A stretch of 64,000 nt of DNA from Pseudovirgaria hyperparasitica (GCA_010093815.1 ML996566.1); one strand, 5' to 3'. Shown: positions 12,199-25,924, numbered from the stretch's first letter. The notes: generated by a model from the sequence alone, not told the origin. A program made the numbers and translations.

Positions 12199-14041
12199 CT
12201 AAGAGGCCTCAATAGGCGACGTATGTAGCAGATTCTCCATAGCCCTTGGAAGGACACCGGTGGGGTGTATTGTATCGTCATTCGAAGAACGTGCACAAGC
12301 TGATGGGGGAGTCGCAGGTGTTGTCAACGAATTGTTACGCCTATCCTGTGATGGGACTGATTCCATAGTTTTACTGGTTGCTGGAATTTCTTTCTTTGAA
12401 TTTGTCTTTTGAGGTTTACTGTTCGCCTTGGATCCTCGTCCTTTTGTTTTTGTGGCGGTGAACACACTTGTAAGCTTCGTCGCTTTGACTGCGATGGCGT
12501 TGGTCTTCGGCTTTGGTCCTGGCTTCTTACGCTGCGTAGGCGGCTTTGGAGCCGGACCATTGGAAATAACCAATTGCAGCGACTTCCCTTTGCTCGCGGG
12601 ATTGAGGACTTTCTGCTTCTTACCCTTCGTCTGCGTGGGCTTCGTGTCCTCGACTCTGACATCTACAGCTGGACGTTCAAATTGTGGACTCTCAATCGGC
12701 GGTGTGAGAAGTGCAGATTGATCGAGGATCGCTCTGGCCTTCGTTGGCGAAACAACAAAAACACTGGTATTGGCTTTTGCCTTGGCGACCACCTCTTCCG
12801 AAACCGGTACACCGTGCCTATAATCATCTGGGTCTTCGGTCCATTTCCTGAATGCTGCCTGCGCAGCTACCTCATCACAAGGGCCTTTGACGACCAAATC
12901 CCAGAGATTCTCTAAATCTTTTCCTGAAGGCTCTGGGTCGTTATTGATCCATATGGTAGTCCCATCTCTCCGATCGCGGACGACATTGCACATCTCACGT
13001 GCGATTCTTCTGACACCTGGCACTTTCAGGGTAGTACCAGCGACAATGAGCGCATCCGGTCGGGCACGTAGGTCCGCTTGCGTCACTGATCCAATAGCTT
13101 CAGCATCAGGATTATGTTCATTGTATAGTACCATGCGCGGCCGAAGCTTGCCAATGCCATGACTTCGTTTGCCCGCGTGAGAGGTTCGTACACTGTCAAT
13201 CTCCTCACAGTCTCTACAGAGCGGCGGAATGGCGTCCTTGAAAAGACTTGGTTCAAAATCTGAGACTTTGTGGCACTTTGAACAAACCATGTGATCCAGA
13301 CCACCATGGACCTGGATAGTCTTTGGCCAGGGCTTGATGAGAGGTACGTTAGTTGCCAAGGGTTCTATTCTTGTGTCAATACCGTCCACGTTCTGGGAGT
13401 AAAGCCGCAACAGGCGACCCTCCTGGGCTAGCGTGGCGAGAAGATGGTGGAATGGTGTCGGTTCGGCTTTTTTCGTTTTTTCGGAGAGCTCGCGAACCAT
13501 GGCGTGAAAGGTGGCGGTGGAACTCTCATCTTGGTATACTGAAGCATCGAACAGTTCTTTGCCAGAAGACTTGAGCCCATGCTTGCCTCGTAACGTCTTG
13601 AAAAGGCCTTCGGAAGAGCGAAAATCCGGAACTGGTACGCGTCAGTGAGAGGAGACGGCAAGTGAGAAAGCACTACTTACTTCCGGCAGATACAGAGATG
13701 CCAGCGCCTGCAATGACAACAATTTTCCGTTTCTTAGTGAGTACATCGAGAAGCCTGTCAAGCTGTGGTTGGTGGTCTGGGCTCAGCTGCGGCGTAGACA
13801 GATCGAGGTACTCGGTTGTTCGGGGCTTTGGCTCAGAGATCTTGCGCTTCTTCTTGGGACGATCGTCTCCGTCAGAGGTACTGGAACGACTTTCAGGAGA
13901 AGGAGAAGTCATTGTCGAGGTGTGCTGCGAGGCGGGTGGAGAAGGATACAACGTTCTGAAGTAATCCGGAGGTGGTGATGGAGAAAGTGATGCCGGTGAG
14001 CTGAGCGGCGAGCTCGCGGTAGATAACGCGTCGAATTCCAT
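12199..14041 (-). CDS. HST4: NAD-dependent deacetylase, sirtuin of the Hst3/Hst4 type; intron 13632-13680
   Basis: Splicing restores GAGISVSAGIPDFRS. Also has YSQNVDG, QVHGG, the Zn-binding CxxC...CxxC, R...GKRSHGIGKLRPRMVLYNE and LIVAGTTLKVPG, plus a basic low-complexity C-terminal tail. Confidence 0.9.
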
Positions 14042-15302
14042 GTCGCGCGTGCACGTGTAGCCGGCTAGAATACGGCAGTTGCGAAGCTAAATTGGAGAAA
14101 GTGCGAGCGCGACAGTGTAGAAGTAGAGGCAGGAGCAGGAGCAAGAGTAGAAGTGAGGAGCGAAAGTCGTGTCGTTACGGTGGTGCCAGCATGGGGAGAA
14201 TCGTCAGAATATTCACACAGCGACAGGGTTTGTTTCGAACGAGATTGATTGCACAAGCGGGAACTTGCAATCAGGACTTCGTCGTACTCTGGACGTTGCG
14301 CGCGGCGAAATTGGCGGTGGTTGGGAGGAGAAGGGTGAGTGAAGAGAGTGAGAGAGAGACGTTGAAGCAGTGCGAAGTGAGGTATTAGAGAGGATGGGGG
14401 CATTGGGCATCTCACGGCAAGAGACACCACAGGTCAAGCGGCCCGCACCCAAGCCAAATTCGGCTAGAAGGACTCCCCATAATCAAAACAACCCGCGGCA
14501 AATAAACAAAACATTCGAGATGTCGCTTTTAGCAGTGTTGCATTAATACAGCCCAGCCCCTATCCTTTCTCATCTGTTCCACTATGCTTGATGATGCATT
14601 GATGCCACAGGTGCATTATGTTTCGACTCGTCTGACGCATGCTGCTCACATCACATCACAGTGCATCATGACAATGGCTTGTGTGTGTTTTGTCCGTGTG
14701 AATGGAACTACGCGCAAGTGAATGAAACGCTTACTCTACACGTTTGAATGACAAGATGTCTCGCGTCGCATGGGAAACTTGCTCAATAGCGATCTCATCA
14801 TTCAACAATTTCTTTGTGCGCATCTCACCATGCTTTGTTACAAGAGTTCGAGGATCGTACCCCTGTAAAGAGGCTAAATTTATATGTGACTACGTATGCG
14901 CAGCTGGTACTGAATAGTACAGTACATCCCCGGCGTATTTCCCAGCCACATCGTGTCGGTTTCGCGCGGCTGGTCAGTGCGATGGGTCATCTGGCGCGTG
15001 TTACCTGCTTGGGCTTAGCTCTGTTCCGCTTATGCCTGAGGCCACAGATTCAATGTGCCTATTCCCTTGTCGGCGGTCCTTTTCATCGTCGCGGACCGTG
15101 GAACCATGAACCATCATCCAGAACTTTTTTCGAGCTACCAGGGCATTTTATTACACGCCAGCAGAGAAACTTAATACCCGCGCCCGATCAACTATCTATG
15201 CATTCACCCATTCAAACCTCTTCACGAGATGACACTTCAACTATATATACTGCCATTTAAGGACCATCTAGCATAAGAGCTTCGAGCAATACTACTCACA
15301 AG

Positions 15303-18300
15303 ATGCCACTGATCATGGAAGACGACCAATACATGGAGGATCTGTTCAATGAGACCGAATCAATTCAGCCTGCGCCCCCCCATCCCCCACTTAAAGGCCT
15401 CGTAAGAAGACTCGATGAACTTCACACCCGTGGCTGCTGCAGGTGTGTTTTAATCTCCTTTTGCCCATGCTGCAAAGTCTGCTACGTATGGTTTAGTAGA
15501 GCTAGAGAAGTGCTCAGATATACAATGCTCTCTGAACATACTCACTTGATTTTACAGCTGATGTTTGGACAGGAAGATAGAATGGGCAGCAAATGGCTGT
15601 GTTGCATCAATCTCCAAAGATGGTCGGACATTTCGCACACAAGCATTTGCACGCAGTCCAACGGATGGAAAATGGAGTCTTCAGGATGAGAACCAACCAC
15701 CATTTCCACCTCTGAATGAAGACGTCCAGCTAGTTCATGTGTCATGGGGCCCGATTGGTCAGGATCTGGCCATCCTTGACTCCTCTGGCCGCATCATGAT
15801 ATTCAACACGCGGGCTGCTCTTGGGAGAATGCAGCTGAGTCGAACACCTAATGGTGAAGTTGAAGACGAACTTGGTTCTATCGTTGGCATGTCATGGTTG
15901 CCTATATTTCCACATCAACAGAAGGTACTAATCCAATCACACCATGCATCGTCACGTTAGCCTGACACTGAGTAGGTGCGCTTTATTTCTTCGGCAGCTC
16001 GTTCTGGAAACAGCTGGCAATTGCATTCAAAAGATCATCACTGGAACGCACCTCATAATTGCGTCGAAAATAAGGCTGCTTTAGTATGCTTAACCAAGCT
16101 CGGCAACCTACGTTTGTTGTTTCAGCATCCTGATGGCAGCTGGGACGAAGTCACCACCGAGCTCGGAACAGAGCAGACCGCGAAAGATATCTTTTCCCAT
16201 GCGGCATTTGCCCTTCACGGTAAGCCATACACGGACCTGGAGATAGTGAGGATGCTGACACCCACAGATGGGATTCTGCTACTGGCCGCGTATAATATCG
16301 CTGGGCGATTGAATCTGTATCGTATACAGATCAGATGGGGATCAGTTCCCCCGCGGCCACAAAGCTCACACGAACCACTCAGGAACATGCAACCCCCTAT
16401 TCTAGATGTAACTCCAGTCTTGGCTGAAGATGACTTTGTGCCATACGGTCCAGGAAACGAAGATGAACTGCTACAGACAAGCCACAGGATGGCTATACCT
16501 GGCCAGCTGACTCATTTGGAATTCCTCAAACCTGCACCTGAAACAGATAATCAGGATGTAGATCCAACAATATTCGCCATCTTTTCGAACAACCCAACGT
16601 TCATGTCACCAATGGACCAGGGACAGAGCCACCAAAATCCGACAAGTATCGTTTGCCGTTGGGCACTTGAAGAAAACTACAAGAACGAACTTCATTCAAG
16701 CTTCACCCAGCTGCCTGTCGTCAAGAAGAAGTCTGCCGAGCCAGAGGTATGTAGTCCTCATGCTCTGTGGGTCCACGACTTACACATAGCAGAATATTAT
16801 GCGTCTGAAGCGATTGGCAGATATTCTCACAAGCGCCACTGTCCTGGCTTTTATGCCGCTCTCATACAACACTGTCGTTGCTTTATATCATTCTGATGGG
16901 TCCATTGACTTTAGAAACACAACAAGCATGCAGTCTATAACGGCTGAATATAACACAGACCATGTCAGCTCTTTGATGCAGGCAGGATTCGCGTTTCCAC
17001 TACAAAGCTCAGGTCTGTCAGTAATATGCCACGAAACGTGATCTACACTAACAATTCTACTGTAGCTCTCCATATAGCTTTGTCTGCGAGTGTTTGTGTG
17101 GCTGCAACTATGAATTCCGACATGGAAGTCAAGACCAAGACCATGGAATTTCTCCATGGTTCTTTAGATGCTACTGGAGACGACTGTCAGTCTCTCCAAT
17201 TCTTCCCAGAATTTCCCTCAAACTGAAACTCACATATTTCTTTAGCCAAGATCGAAGCTGCTATGGCGGCACTTGCATTACAACACACATCCTCGTCCAG
17301 TCAATACTTCTCTAGCGACGATATATTATCTCTCGTACCGCATGACTTGCCAGCAAGCCGTGTAAACTATCTTCTTCATCTGCTTTACCGCGGCATGCAC
17401 ATGAACACCGACTGCACGAACGTACCGCCCAGCGATAGCATAAGTATGTCAATTGGCCGCGCTCCTGGATTTGTGAAATCTCTGAGTGCGCAAGTCATTC
17501 TTGGATGCCATTCAAACAATCATCGTTCGCTCGCAGCGACTCTCGCAAACGCCACACTCAACATTCGACAGTCCTCCATTGTTCTACTCATAGTCATGTC
17601 TATGCACCGGCGAAAGCAGCCGGGCTCGCAACAGTCAGGCCAAACTCCTCTGGATCCGCGTAAGTGTATGCCCAGCATCCGTATGACTACCGCTAACATA
17701 AATCAGTAATGGCAAATGGATTGGTCGGTATTGCCAAATGGATGGTTGACTACACAATATTCCTCTGGAGCGAGCTCTGGATCACCTCACGCCACTTCCT
17801 AGACAATGAACTCACTGTCTCCTCCCTTCAAGCTTACAGTACGTCTCGTCCCCTCCAACCTCCATATCGCAGTTTCACCTCCAACGCAATCTAACCATCC
17901 CCCCAGTGACATCCCGCAACTCCCCGGCTCTCCTCACCCTCCTCTGCTCCCTGCCACGCGCCCTCCTCCGCGAATGGCTACGCACGCTCCCCTGGATGCA
18001 GCGCTGCGCCCTCTCCTACACACACCCCAAGTACAACGCCCAACCCCAAATCCGCCACGCAATACAAGACCTCGCCGACGCCTTCAGCGACCGCCCGCAA
18101 ATCCTCCCCGTCATCGACGCGCTCCTGAATGACGTCGAGACCGCAGTCAAGAAGGCGTATGCCGGCGCAAACACCACCGACGCACAGCAGCGCCAGGCCA
18201 TCGAGCAAAACATGTTTGTCACGGGCGAGGTACCCGAGGTCTTGCTCCCTGCGATCAGGGATGTGTTGATGAATACGTTTGCGGTCGAGGGCGGGCGCGC

Positions 18301-18598
18301 CGAGAAGGTCGATCTGGCGGATGTGCTGTTTCGCGACTTTGCCTGGCTGGGTCTGGGCAAGTCGGATGCTACGAGGGGGAGGGCCGCTGTGCTGGATGTG
18401 TTGCGTAAGGTGCCGATTCCGGCGAAGAAAGGCGTGCAGATGAGGCGGTGCTCGAGGGGTTGCGCGTATGCGGCAGACCTGACGACGCAGGAGTTGCAGC
18501 AGATGCATGCGTTGTGGTATTTCCAGGTCAGCAAGACTTGCGTCTGTGGGAGTGCGTGGACGGTGGTCGAGCATCCGGATCTAGAGGGGAAGAAATGA
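15303..18598 (+). CDS. SIN4: Mediator complex subunit 16 (about 8 introns)
   Basis: N-terminus MPLIMED...GCCRKIEWAANGCVASIS (intron 15443-15572) and C-terminal LDVLRK...RRCSRGC...CVCGSAW match fungal Med16. Overlapping ORF pieces are joined by short GT-AG introns. Confidence 0.85.
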
Positions 18599-18690
18599 TG
18601 ACTTCTGGTGATCTTGTGTACTTTTTTTGTATTTGAGATTGGGGTATATATTTCAGTTTTATTTATTTGGATCTAAGCTTTGAACAAGGA

Positions 18691-19953
18691 CTATTCCATG
18701 CCTTCCATCAAGTCCGTTTTGTCCAGGATCATACCGCGTTTAGATATCCAGTCGCGCAGATAATCCCATTCTGCACCTTCCTCTAACCCACGCTTGCTGT
18801 CCTCCTTGAAACCCCATGCCATGGCTACTTTATCGAGAGCTGCGCGCTCGTCTTCGCGGATCCATCGCTCTGTAAGGCCCATCCCTGGTCGCCACACTAC
18901 CCGCTTCATCTGATCATTAGACGTGGTTATAGATATATATCCTAGCATGGAGACAGCACCTAAATACGTCATGAATCCAGCAAAGGCCGCGCCAGTCGCA
19001 TACGAGTTATCCACCATATCTTGCAGAGATGCTGCTTGAGTTGCAATAATATACACACCTAAGGGCGCCAGAGATGCAATTGTTACAGGGACGCCTAGTT
19101 TCTTGAACAGCTTGTCATTCCTGTATGCCTTGGTGCGATACGCTGAGTTTATAATTGCGAGCGCGAGATCGAGGTCTTTCGCTATGATGGCCGCATCGAG
19201 CGCGTCGGCGGCAGTATCCTCGGGCACGGCTTGTGATATTTTATCTGGATTGGGCTCCTTATATACAGGTGGATTCGAGCCAGGGGTTGGGACAGGCTTG
19301 TGTGCGTAGAGGGTGAAGGCTTCAGGGAGTGTTTGCGGTCGTTCGAGCATGCATTGTGTGTTGACGTAGGAGGCAAGGACTGCGGCGTTTATGAAGACGG
19401 GCGGATGGGAGATGATCCTGAAGCTCAGCTCCGAGAGTATGTCTGGGATGGCCTTTGTGGAGGCGGTGTCGGCTCGGTTGTCGAGAGAGAGGAGAGTAGT
19501 GGTTGCTGAGGGATCCGTGGATTGTGTGGGCGACTCGGAAGCCCCTGATGCGATAGCAGCAGCTAACTCACATGAACGAAGCGCTTCAATTACTTCTTCT
19601 TCTGGAGGAATAGAATCGGAACTCAGGATAGCTTGGCCTAGCTCTGCAGCTCTGCGTGCGGCCGTCGGGGCATCGAGATCTGTGATATACTTAGATTCCT
19701 TCTCAGCCTTTCCTTCCGTGTTTGACTCTGCAAGTAGAGTAGTAGCTGATCGACGAGTTGTCTTCGGAGTCGGGTTCAAGAATCTCATCGGTGAATATGG
19801 CTCACGTGGATGAAAGAGACGAAGTGTAGGAGACTGGTAACGAGCAGGAAGCCTGAAATGTCGTCGTTGTCGCGCAGGTTTGCTCAGTAGAGCTTCACAA
19901 AGCTTGCAAGCTGCTCGGGGTCCTCTCATTGGTTCCAAGGCCTTGGTATTCAT
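18691..19953 (-). CDS. Conserved-looking fungal hypothetical protein, two C-terminal TM segments, basic N-terminus (possibly mitochondrial)
   Basis: Single 420-aa ORF with an Arg-rich N-terminus, two hydrophobic helices and a C-terminal ERWIREDERAALDKVAMAWGF segment. Function not recognised. Confidence 0.75.
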   Translation of the reverse strand: MNTKALEPMRGPRAACKLCEALLSKPARQRRHFRLPARYQSPTLRLFHPREPYSPMRFLNPTPKTTRRSATTLLAESNTEGKAEKESKYITDLDAPTAARRAAELGQAILSSDSIPPEEEVIEALRSCELAAAIASGASESPTQSTDPSATTTLLSLDNRADTASTKAIPDILSELSFRIISHPPVFINAAVLASYVNTQCMLERPQTLPEAFTLYAHKPVPTPGSNPPVYKEPNPDKISQAVPEDTAADALDAAIIAKDLDLALAIINSAYRTKAYRNDKLFKKLGVPVTIASLAPLGVYIIATQAASLQDMVDNSYATGAAFAGFMTYLGAVSMLGYISITTSNDQMKRVVWRPGMGLTERWIREDERAALDKVAMAWGFKEDSKRGLEEGAEWDYLRDWISKRGMILDKTDLMEGME

Positions 19954-20333
19954 GACTTATTCGTGTTCTATTTGGATGCTCAGATAAGTAGGGAGTGAAA
20001 GTGAATAGGCTTATGTTTGGAAAGACGCAGTCAAAGCGCACGGGCCAGGCCGCAAACGACAGGCTACGACAACTGCGTATGCGGCGCCCTTTGACCAGAA
20101 CTCCACACAGCTTTAGCCTCACCACCTTCGCCAGGTACATAACATTTGATGCTGCCGCCTAATGCAACGCTATCGGCCATTGCTCGCTCAAGGCTGATCT
20201 TTACACTATTGGGCTCACATAATCTGCATACACTGAGGACCTGAATCAACGGCCAGCGTCACCAACCCCAGCCCTGACGGTACCCATAGTCTTCCGCCGA
20301 TAGACCTTTATTGAGCCCTTCGCCTCTTTCACG

Positions 20334-21754
20334 ATGCCCGGTCCTCCTCCTCCGCCTCCTCCTCCGCCGCCTGGGCTTGGAGGTCCTCCTCCACCCCCTC
20401 CGCCACCTCCAGGTGCTGGTCCGAAAGCAGTCAAACCACCGTCTGGCAAAGGCAGGGTATGTCCAAGCCCCAAGGTCGAATTACTACAGAGCTCGGTTGC
20501 TCTGGTATAGTATTGGACTGATAGTATTAATAGGGAGCGCTACTAGGGGACATTCAGTCTGGGGCGAGATTAAAGAAGGTCCAAACAAATGATCGATCTG
20601 CTCCGATCGTTGGCAAGGTATCCGAGGGACCAAGCGGGCCACCTATGGGAGCTGCACCTCCGGTTCCTGGCATGAATAAAGCGCCATCCGGACTTGCACC
20701 TCCAGTCCCAGGAAACAGAGCTCGAAGTAATAGCGACTCACGCGATACTGGAGGCTCGTCAATGGGAGGGGGCCCACAGCTCGGAGGGCTATTAGCTGGG
20801 GGTATACCTAAATTACGCAAGACAGGAGGCATAGACACAGGTGCGGACAGCAGTTCTCCATATCTCTCGGACCCTGAGAGCTCGAGGAGATCAGTACCTC
20901 GACCCCCTATGGGCACACCTCCACGGCCTCCTGGTGCACCTCAGGGGGCACCACCAGCTCCACCAGGTATAGCTGCACTGAGAAACAATCTTCGACCTAG
21001 TCCTTCGGCATTTACTCATTCGGCGCCCGAGATACCATCCTCAAAACCAAAACCACCCCCAATCGGCAAGAAACCACCTGTTCCACCACCATCTAGTCGA
21101 AAGCCTTCCGGACTATCTGCAGCTCCGCGGACTCAAACACCGACTCCTCCAGCGCCGCCTCCAATACCGTCCTCTTCTGCCCCTAGACCACCTCCCGCTC
21201 GATCAACCCCTCCACCGCCCCCCTCTGTTCCCCCATCGGCTCCCTCTGGGCCATCAATTGCAGCACAGGCAGCTCGCAACGCTTTCGGTCGATCGACACC
21301 TTCAGCACCTCCGCCACGACCTCCTACATCTCCACCGGCGTCGCCATCTGCAAGGCCTCCGCCAGCTCCTCCTGCGCCTCCACCACCACCATCCGGAGGG
21401 CCGAGACTTCCTTCCGCACCAGCGCCGCCCCCACCGCCGTCTGCAGCTCCTTCAGCCCCCCTAGCACCTCCGCCGCCTCCTTCTGCCTCCCCCAGTCGAC
21501 ACCTCACACAAGTATCAGGCCGACCAATGTTAGATGCGAGCTCATACACATTATCGAATGGTGGAGGATCAGGACAGGGCTCGACCTCTGTGAGCCCGGG
21601 AAGACAAGGGACCGTGATATATGTTCAGGATACGAGATGGAAGTTTCAAGATGATGACCAACTGCCAAAACCACGAGCATTTAGTGGAGGTCCGAAGAGA
21701 TATCGTGCTGGCAGAGGAAGCAGTGTCCCATTGGATCTCAGTGCCTTCGAGTAG
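20334..21754 (+). CDS. VRP1: Verprolin / WASP-interacting protein; intron 20457-20533
   Basis: MPGPPPPPPPPP start. Splicing gives the WH2 motif RGALLGDIQSGARLKKVQTNDRSAP. A second WH2-like LGGLLAGGIPKLRKT follows, then a polyproline body and C-terminal RWKFQDDDQLPKPR...YRAGRGSSVPLDL. Confidence 0.92.
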
Positions 21755-22010
21755 CACCGTTAGCACCATCGTAAAGGTAGCCTTTTCTCTCGTAAGATAA
21801 CATAGTCGCCGATTAATGAGATTGTATGTCATCGTATCGGCGCATAGCTCTCTTTTCTACGTTCCGTGCCTTATGCCGTACGTACATTAGGATGAGTCTA
21901 CTTGTGTACAAACAAGTGAGTGTTAGGGGGAAATTTTGCTTCTGTGATGTCTTTCCCACGATATCACCGGGCCGGGATTTCAACGTTTGACGTCTTCGTG
22001 CACTCGGGTT

Positions 22011-22379
22011 TCAGAGGTAAACACCTTGCCCAGAATGATCGTTGTCAATCGATCTATTCTGATTCCCGTTCTTACTATCTTTCTTTTCCATCTTTTGTTC
22101 GTCCTCAACCCAAGGCATCCCGCGCCGCTCTACTTCGATCTTCAGCATAGCTATCTGCTCCCTCTTTCGCCGAATGGTCTGCTCATTGTCCGCGATCGCT
22201 TCAGAGAAGTCCGGATCGCTGGTCTCTGCATAGAACAGGGATAGTTCTGAGTTTGAGATTTCGAGATGCTCAATGTTGTTACGAAGCTCCGCAGCTTTCG
22301 CGTGTAGAGAGCCGAGCGATAGAGATTCTAGAGCGGCAGCGAAGCGGGCGTGAGTGATTGGCTGGGATTCTGCGGACAT
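22011..22379 (-). CDS. Small coiled-coil protein, probably Tma17/Adc17-like
   Basis: 122-aa ORF (FAAAL...KAAELRNNIEHLEISN...EAIADNE..I.R...QI), C-terminal GVYL. Family assignment is from recollection only. Confidence 0.6.
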   Translation of the reverse strand: MSAESQPITHARFAAALESLSLGSLHAKAAELRNNIEHLEISNSELSLFYAETSDPDFSEAIADNEQTIRRKREQIAMLKIEVERRGMPWVEDEQKMEKKDSKNGNQNRSIDNDHSGQGVYL

Positions 22380-22663
22380 TGTAGAAGATAGGTTTCGGTT
22401 TGAGTTTATGTCTGCTGTGGTCAGATGCGAGTTACTTGGAGCTCGTAGCTGTTCTCTCGCTAGGATATAGCTTGCATACGAGCAAACAAGCCATCAAAGT
22501 CGATCCCGATCCCTAGTGCGGAGAGCTCGGAGGTGGGGGTCAAGCCAAGCTAAGCCTGCAGGTTCAAACACGGCTAAGACTCAAGACTCAAGGTTGAACT
22601 CTCTCTGCGGCACAGGTCCTTGGACGGACACACTTTCCGTATCAGCTCGGATACCTGTCCGCA

Positions 22664-24617
22664 ATGAGCAATGCTTCTAAAAGAGCATTGTTGTCCCTAA
22701 CAAGAACGCTCGAATGCTCCCACCGAGTGAGCAGCTTCCGCCAAACGCGAAGCTTTCTACATGTCGTCGCGAAGAATGCTTGGACATCTCAGCATATGCG
22801 CCCGGCAGAGATCGCAATCACGCCACAACTCTCATCACTTGTTACTACACGTGGTATTCGTCAGAGAGCAAGGCATTTTCAAAACTCAGTGAAACCTCGA
22901 GTAGGAAAATCCGAGGTACCTGCACCAAATTCGGCTCAAGAGCAGGAGGTTCTTCGAGAACCTAAAGATGAAGCAGCAGCAGCACAGGACGATGCGCCGG
23001 TCTATACATGGAGGGACTATAATGATGAAACCGGCATGCCGCTCCCAGAAGGACCTCTAGGAAGACCAGATATCATCCGCTTATTTGGCAACGACGTCTC
23101 GTACGAGGAAGGCAACCACGCGCTTCAAATTTTACAATGGCGAAGAGAGAGTGGTGTACTATCCGATAAGGGCATTTCGTTTCCAGATGGCCCAAATATA
23201 CCTCGGAACCTTGCATTGATTGCGCTGGAGCACTTGCGTGAGAGATACCCAATGGATGAAGAAGGAGCCGCAGAAGAATGGGTTAGACTTGAAGCTGAAC
23301 GGCTAGAACATGAAATGTACGAAAAGGGTGCTCGTTGGGGGCTTTTCAAAAAAGACGAGACTGCAGTCCTGGATGTGTCTAAGGAAGAGCACGCTACACA
23401 GCAAGGCACCGAATATGGAGAGAAAAGGCACGGCTTCAGCGTACTAGAGCAAATCCAGAGAGAAGCACGAGCAAAAGAGGAAGAAGAGAGGGAAGCTGAG
23501 AGGGCGAAGGGGAATCGGCCACTCACCAAGGCGGAAAGAGACGAGGAGGCGAAACAGATGCAGCTCGTGGAAGCAAAGGAGCAAATTGATATTAGTACCT
23601 AGCCCCTTGTGTTCTTTCATAAATCTGCTCAACTGACAACCACCTAGTATACGCGGAAATGGCAGAACGGAAACGGAAAAGAGAAGAAAAAGCTGCCGCT
23701 TTTAAAGAGCCACCTGAAGTACTGTTGAAGATGTCTTTCGTACACAACCACCACCCTCAATTATGAAATTTCAGCTAACACACATACAGTTCAAACGCAT
23801 CTGGCCTGCAGCTACGATGACCTCCCTCATAATAATAGCATGTCTGCTATATGGAGCAACTTATACTCCTCCAAGTGCATCAGAAAGACTTTTCCCAGAT
23901 TATCCTCCGGCTCTGGCAACAGTCGCCGCTCTGTTAACCATAAACTTCGCTGTCTTTTTACTATGGCATACACCATTGGTTTGGAAATTATTTAACAGGA
24001 TTATGGTAATACAACCTATATTTCCAAGACCACTTGCTATGATAGGCAATGTCTTCAGTCACCAAGAGTTTAAGCACTTGGCTAGTAACTTTATTGGTAT
24101 ACTACTCATTGCACCTTCTCGTAGGTCCTTCTTTCAGCATAGTGCTGGACACTGATCGCTGACTATTCCCCTAGTCCACGAACAGATTGGTCGAGGCGAC
24201 TTCCTCTCAATTTATATTGCCAGCGGGGTTTTCAGTAGTTTCGTGATGACAGTCTGGCTGATCAGGAGGCGTCTGTTCCTGTCTTACCTCATGGGAGCAA
24301 GTGGGGCTCTTTACGGAGTCATAGGAGCGCTTTGTGTGGTAATGGAGAGTGTGCGCATTCCCTTCACCCACTACGAGCTCCCGTATACCCCGAAGCTTTT
24401 TCTAGTCGGGATTCTTTCTGTCGAAGCATTCCACATGGCGTTTAAGAAGATAAGAGGGGGGGGGCCTGTGGTAAGCCGCCTGGCCCACATAGTAGGGACA
24501 CTATGGGGCGCCGGGCATATGTATGCCATTAAAGCTCGTTATAGTCTCGGGCAGTACCCCAATCGCCGATCGAAGGACACTGAACGGAGAGACGTACCAG
24601 TAGCGACGAGATCGTAG
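22664..24617 (+). CDS. PCP1: Mitochondrial rhomboid intramembrane serine protease (3 introns)
   Basis: Presequence-like N-terminus, FSHQEFKHLASN, catalytic GASG and AH motifs, several TM helices. Confidence 0.88.
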
Positions 24618-24798
24618 GTGCATATGGCATCAATGTATTATATCTGAGCACGTATCCAAGACGAATGAATATCGAGCTATCTACTATGCTAAATCTACGA
24701 CACAATATCGCGAGTTAGCGTTTGAGCTTCTTCCAACTCTACCCATGTTTTACGAAATGTACCGGTCTATAAATGCAGGGGCGAGATCAAAGATGTCT

Positions 24799-25835
24799 TT
24801 ACTGAGCAGTCGAATATATCCGCTGCATGGCCTACAGATGGATCAGCACCTGGAACATCACAGATATATAAAGTACTCACCGCTGCTTGTCTTGGTTCCA
24901 CGAACAATGCTTCCGCCTCCACTAAAACTTCGGGCACCTCCCCCTTCGTCTCATCTACCAGTGTTTCAATTCGCCCCTTGACCCACGCCTTCCTGCCCTC
25001 AACCTTCGTCGTCTCTGCCCGCAGAATCACATATTGCTCTGCTTTACACGGCTTCCGATAATCGATCTTCAGACTCGCAGTTACACCAACCTTATTGGGC
25101 AGCGCTGGGAAACAGCACCGTGCTAACCCCTCGTCTAGTAATGTCGCCAGCAAGCCTCCATGAATCAGCCCCGGATGTCCACACAGCGCCGGCCCAAGAT
25201 ATTGAACAGAGGCGAAGCGCGAGCCGTCTGAGGTCGTAAACGCAAGTGGGGGTACAGCAATACGGTCTTGGCCCAGAAGCGTACCGCCAGTGAGATTGTG
25301 TGGGCGCAGTGAAGGGGGAATTTTGAGGTGTGGGCGAGAGGCGCAATATGCAGAGTCGGCGAGGAGGAGGCCTACGACCGGGTGTGCAAAGATGTAGTTA
25401 TTTACTTCTTCGGCTTTGGAGGACGGTTCGGGGGCGAAAAGCGTGAGGGTTTCTTCGTCGCTTGGGGGAGAGGCAATCTCGATGGCTGTCTGCAGAGCTG
25501 GAGCGGCGGCCATTATGAAGCCAGTTGTGAGGGAAAGAATAGATATGAGGATATATTTTACGAAGGGCCGCGAGGGGCGGGGTTTGGGGAGAGGTTCCGA
25601 GAGGGGCTCTGGGTCGGATGAAGAGGCTGATTCGTGGTTAGGGCTACAGCTGGTATACAGGTGTTGGCCAGCAGAGCGACTTACTGGTTGTTGAACTGTA
25701 CAATCGAAAGTGCGAAGGGTAAGGGAGTAAGGATTGAGCGCCGACGGTAGACCGCGCATTTATGGCTCTCCGCGATAGCGGGTAACGGCAGCAAAGTTGC
25801 GCGGCGACGGCGAGGGACGGTCTGGTCAATGGCAT
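24799..25835 (-). CDS. Hotdog-fold thioesterase (PaaI/4HBT; THEM4/Fmp10-like), probably mitochondrial; introns 25627-25684 and 24832-24880
   Basis: LCGHPGLIHGGLLATLLDE, TASLKIDYRKP and VEGRKAWV motifs. Arg/Ser-rich N-terminus (MPLTRPSLAVAAQ...). Confidence 0.88.
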
Positions 25836-25924
25836 AGCGGCGTGTTGGAGACGGAGACGGAGTGGGACATGTACATATTCTCCCAATGAACGGAAGATGC
25901 TCTCGGACTTCATACGACTGGTCT

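Noticed and set aside
14584..14640. C/D-box snoRNA-like pattern (TGATGA ... CTGA with a short terminal stem)
   Set aside because: Only ~55 nt, no clear internal boxes, and at most a ~9-nt possible guide. Expected by chance without snoscan or expression support.
21133..21549. Gly-rich antisense ORFs (also 20246-20473 and 17978-18574)
   Set aside because: Shadows of the Pro-rich VRP1 and GC-rich MED16 coding strands.
24456..24464. G9 homopolymer in PCP1 as a frameshift or slippage site
   Set aside because: The frame continues to the catalytic His motif and a normal stop, so no shift is needed.
24799..25835. Thioesterase (or the MFS transporter) as members of the PKS-NRPS cluster
   Set aside because: Separated from the synthase by many housekeeping genes. 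The thioesterase looks like a conserved mitochondrial hotdog protein.
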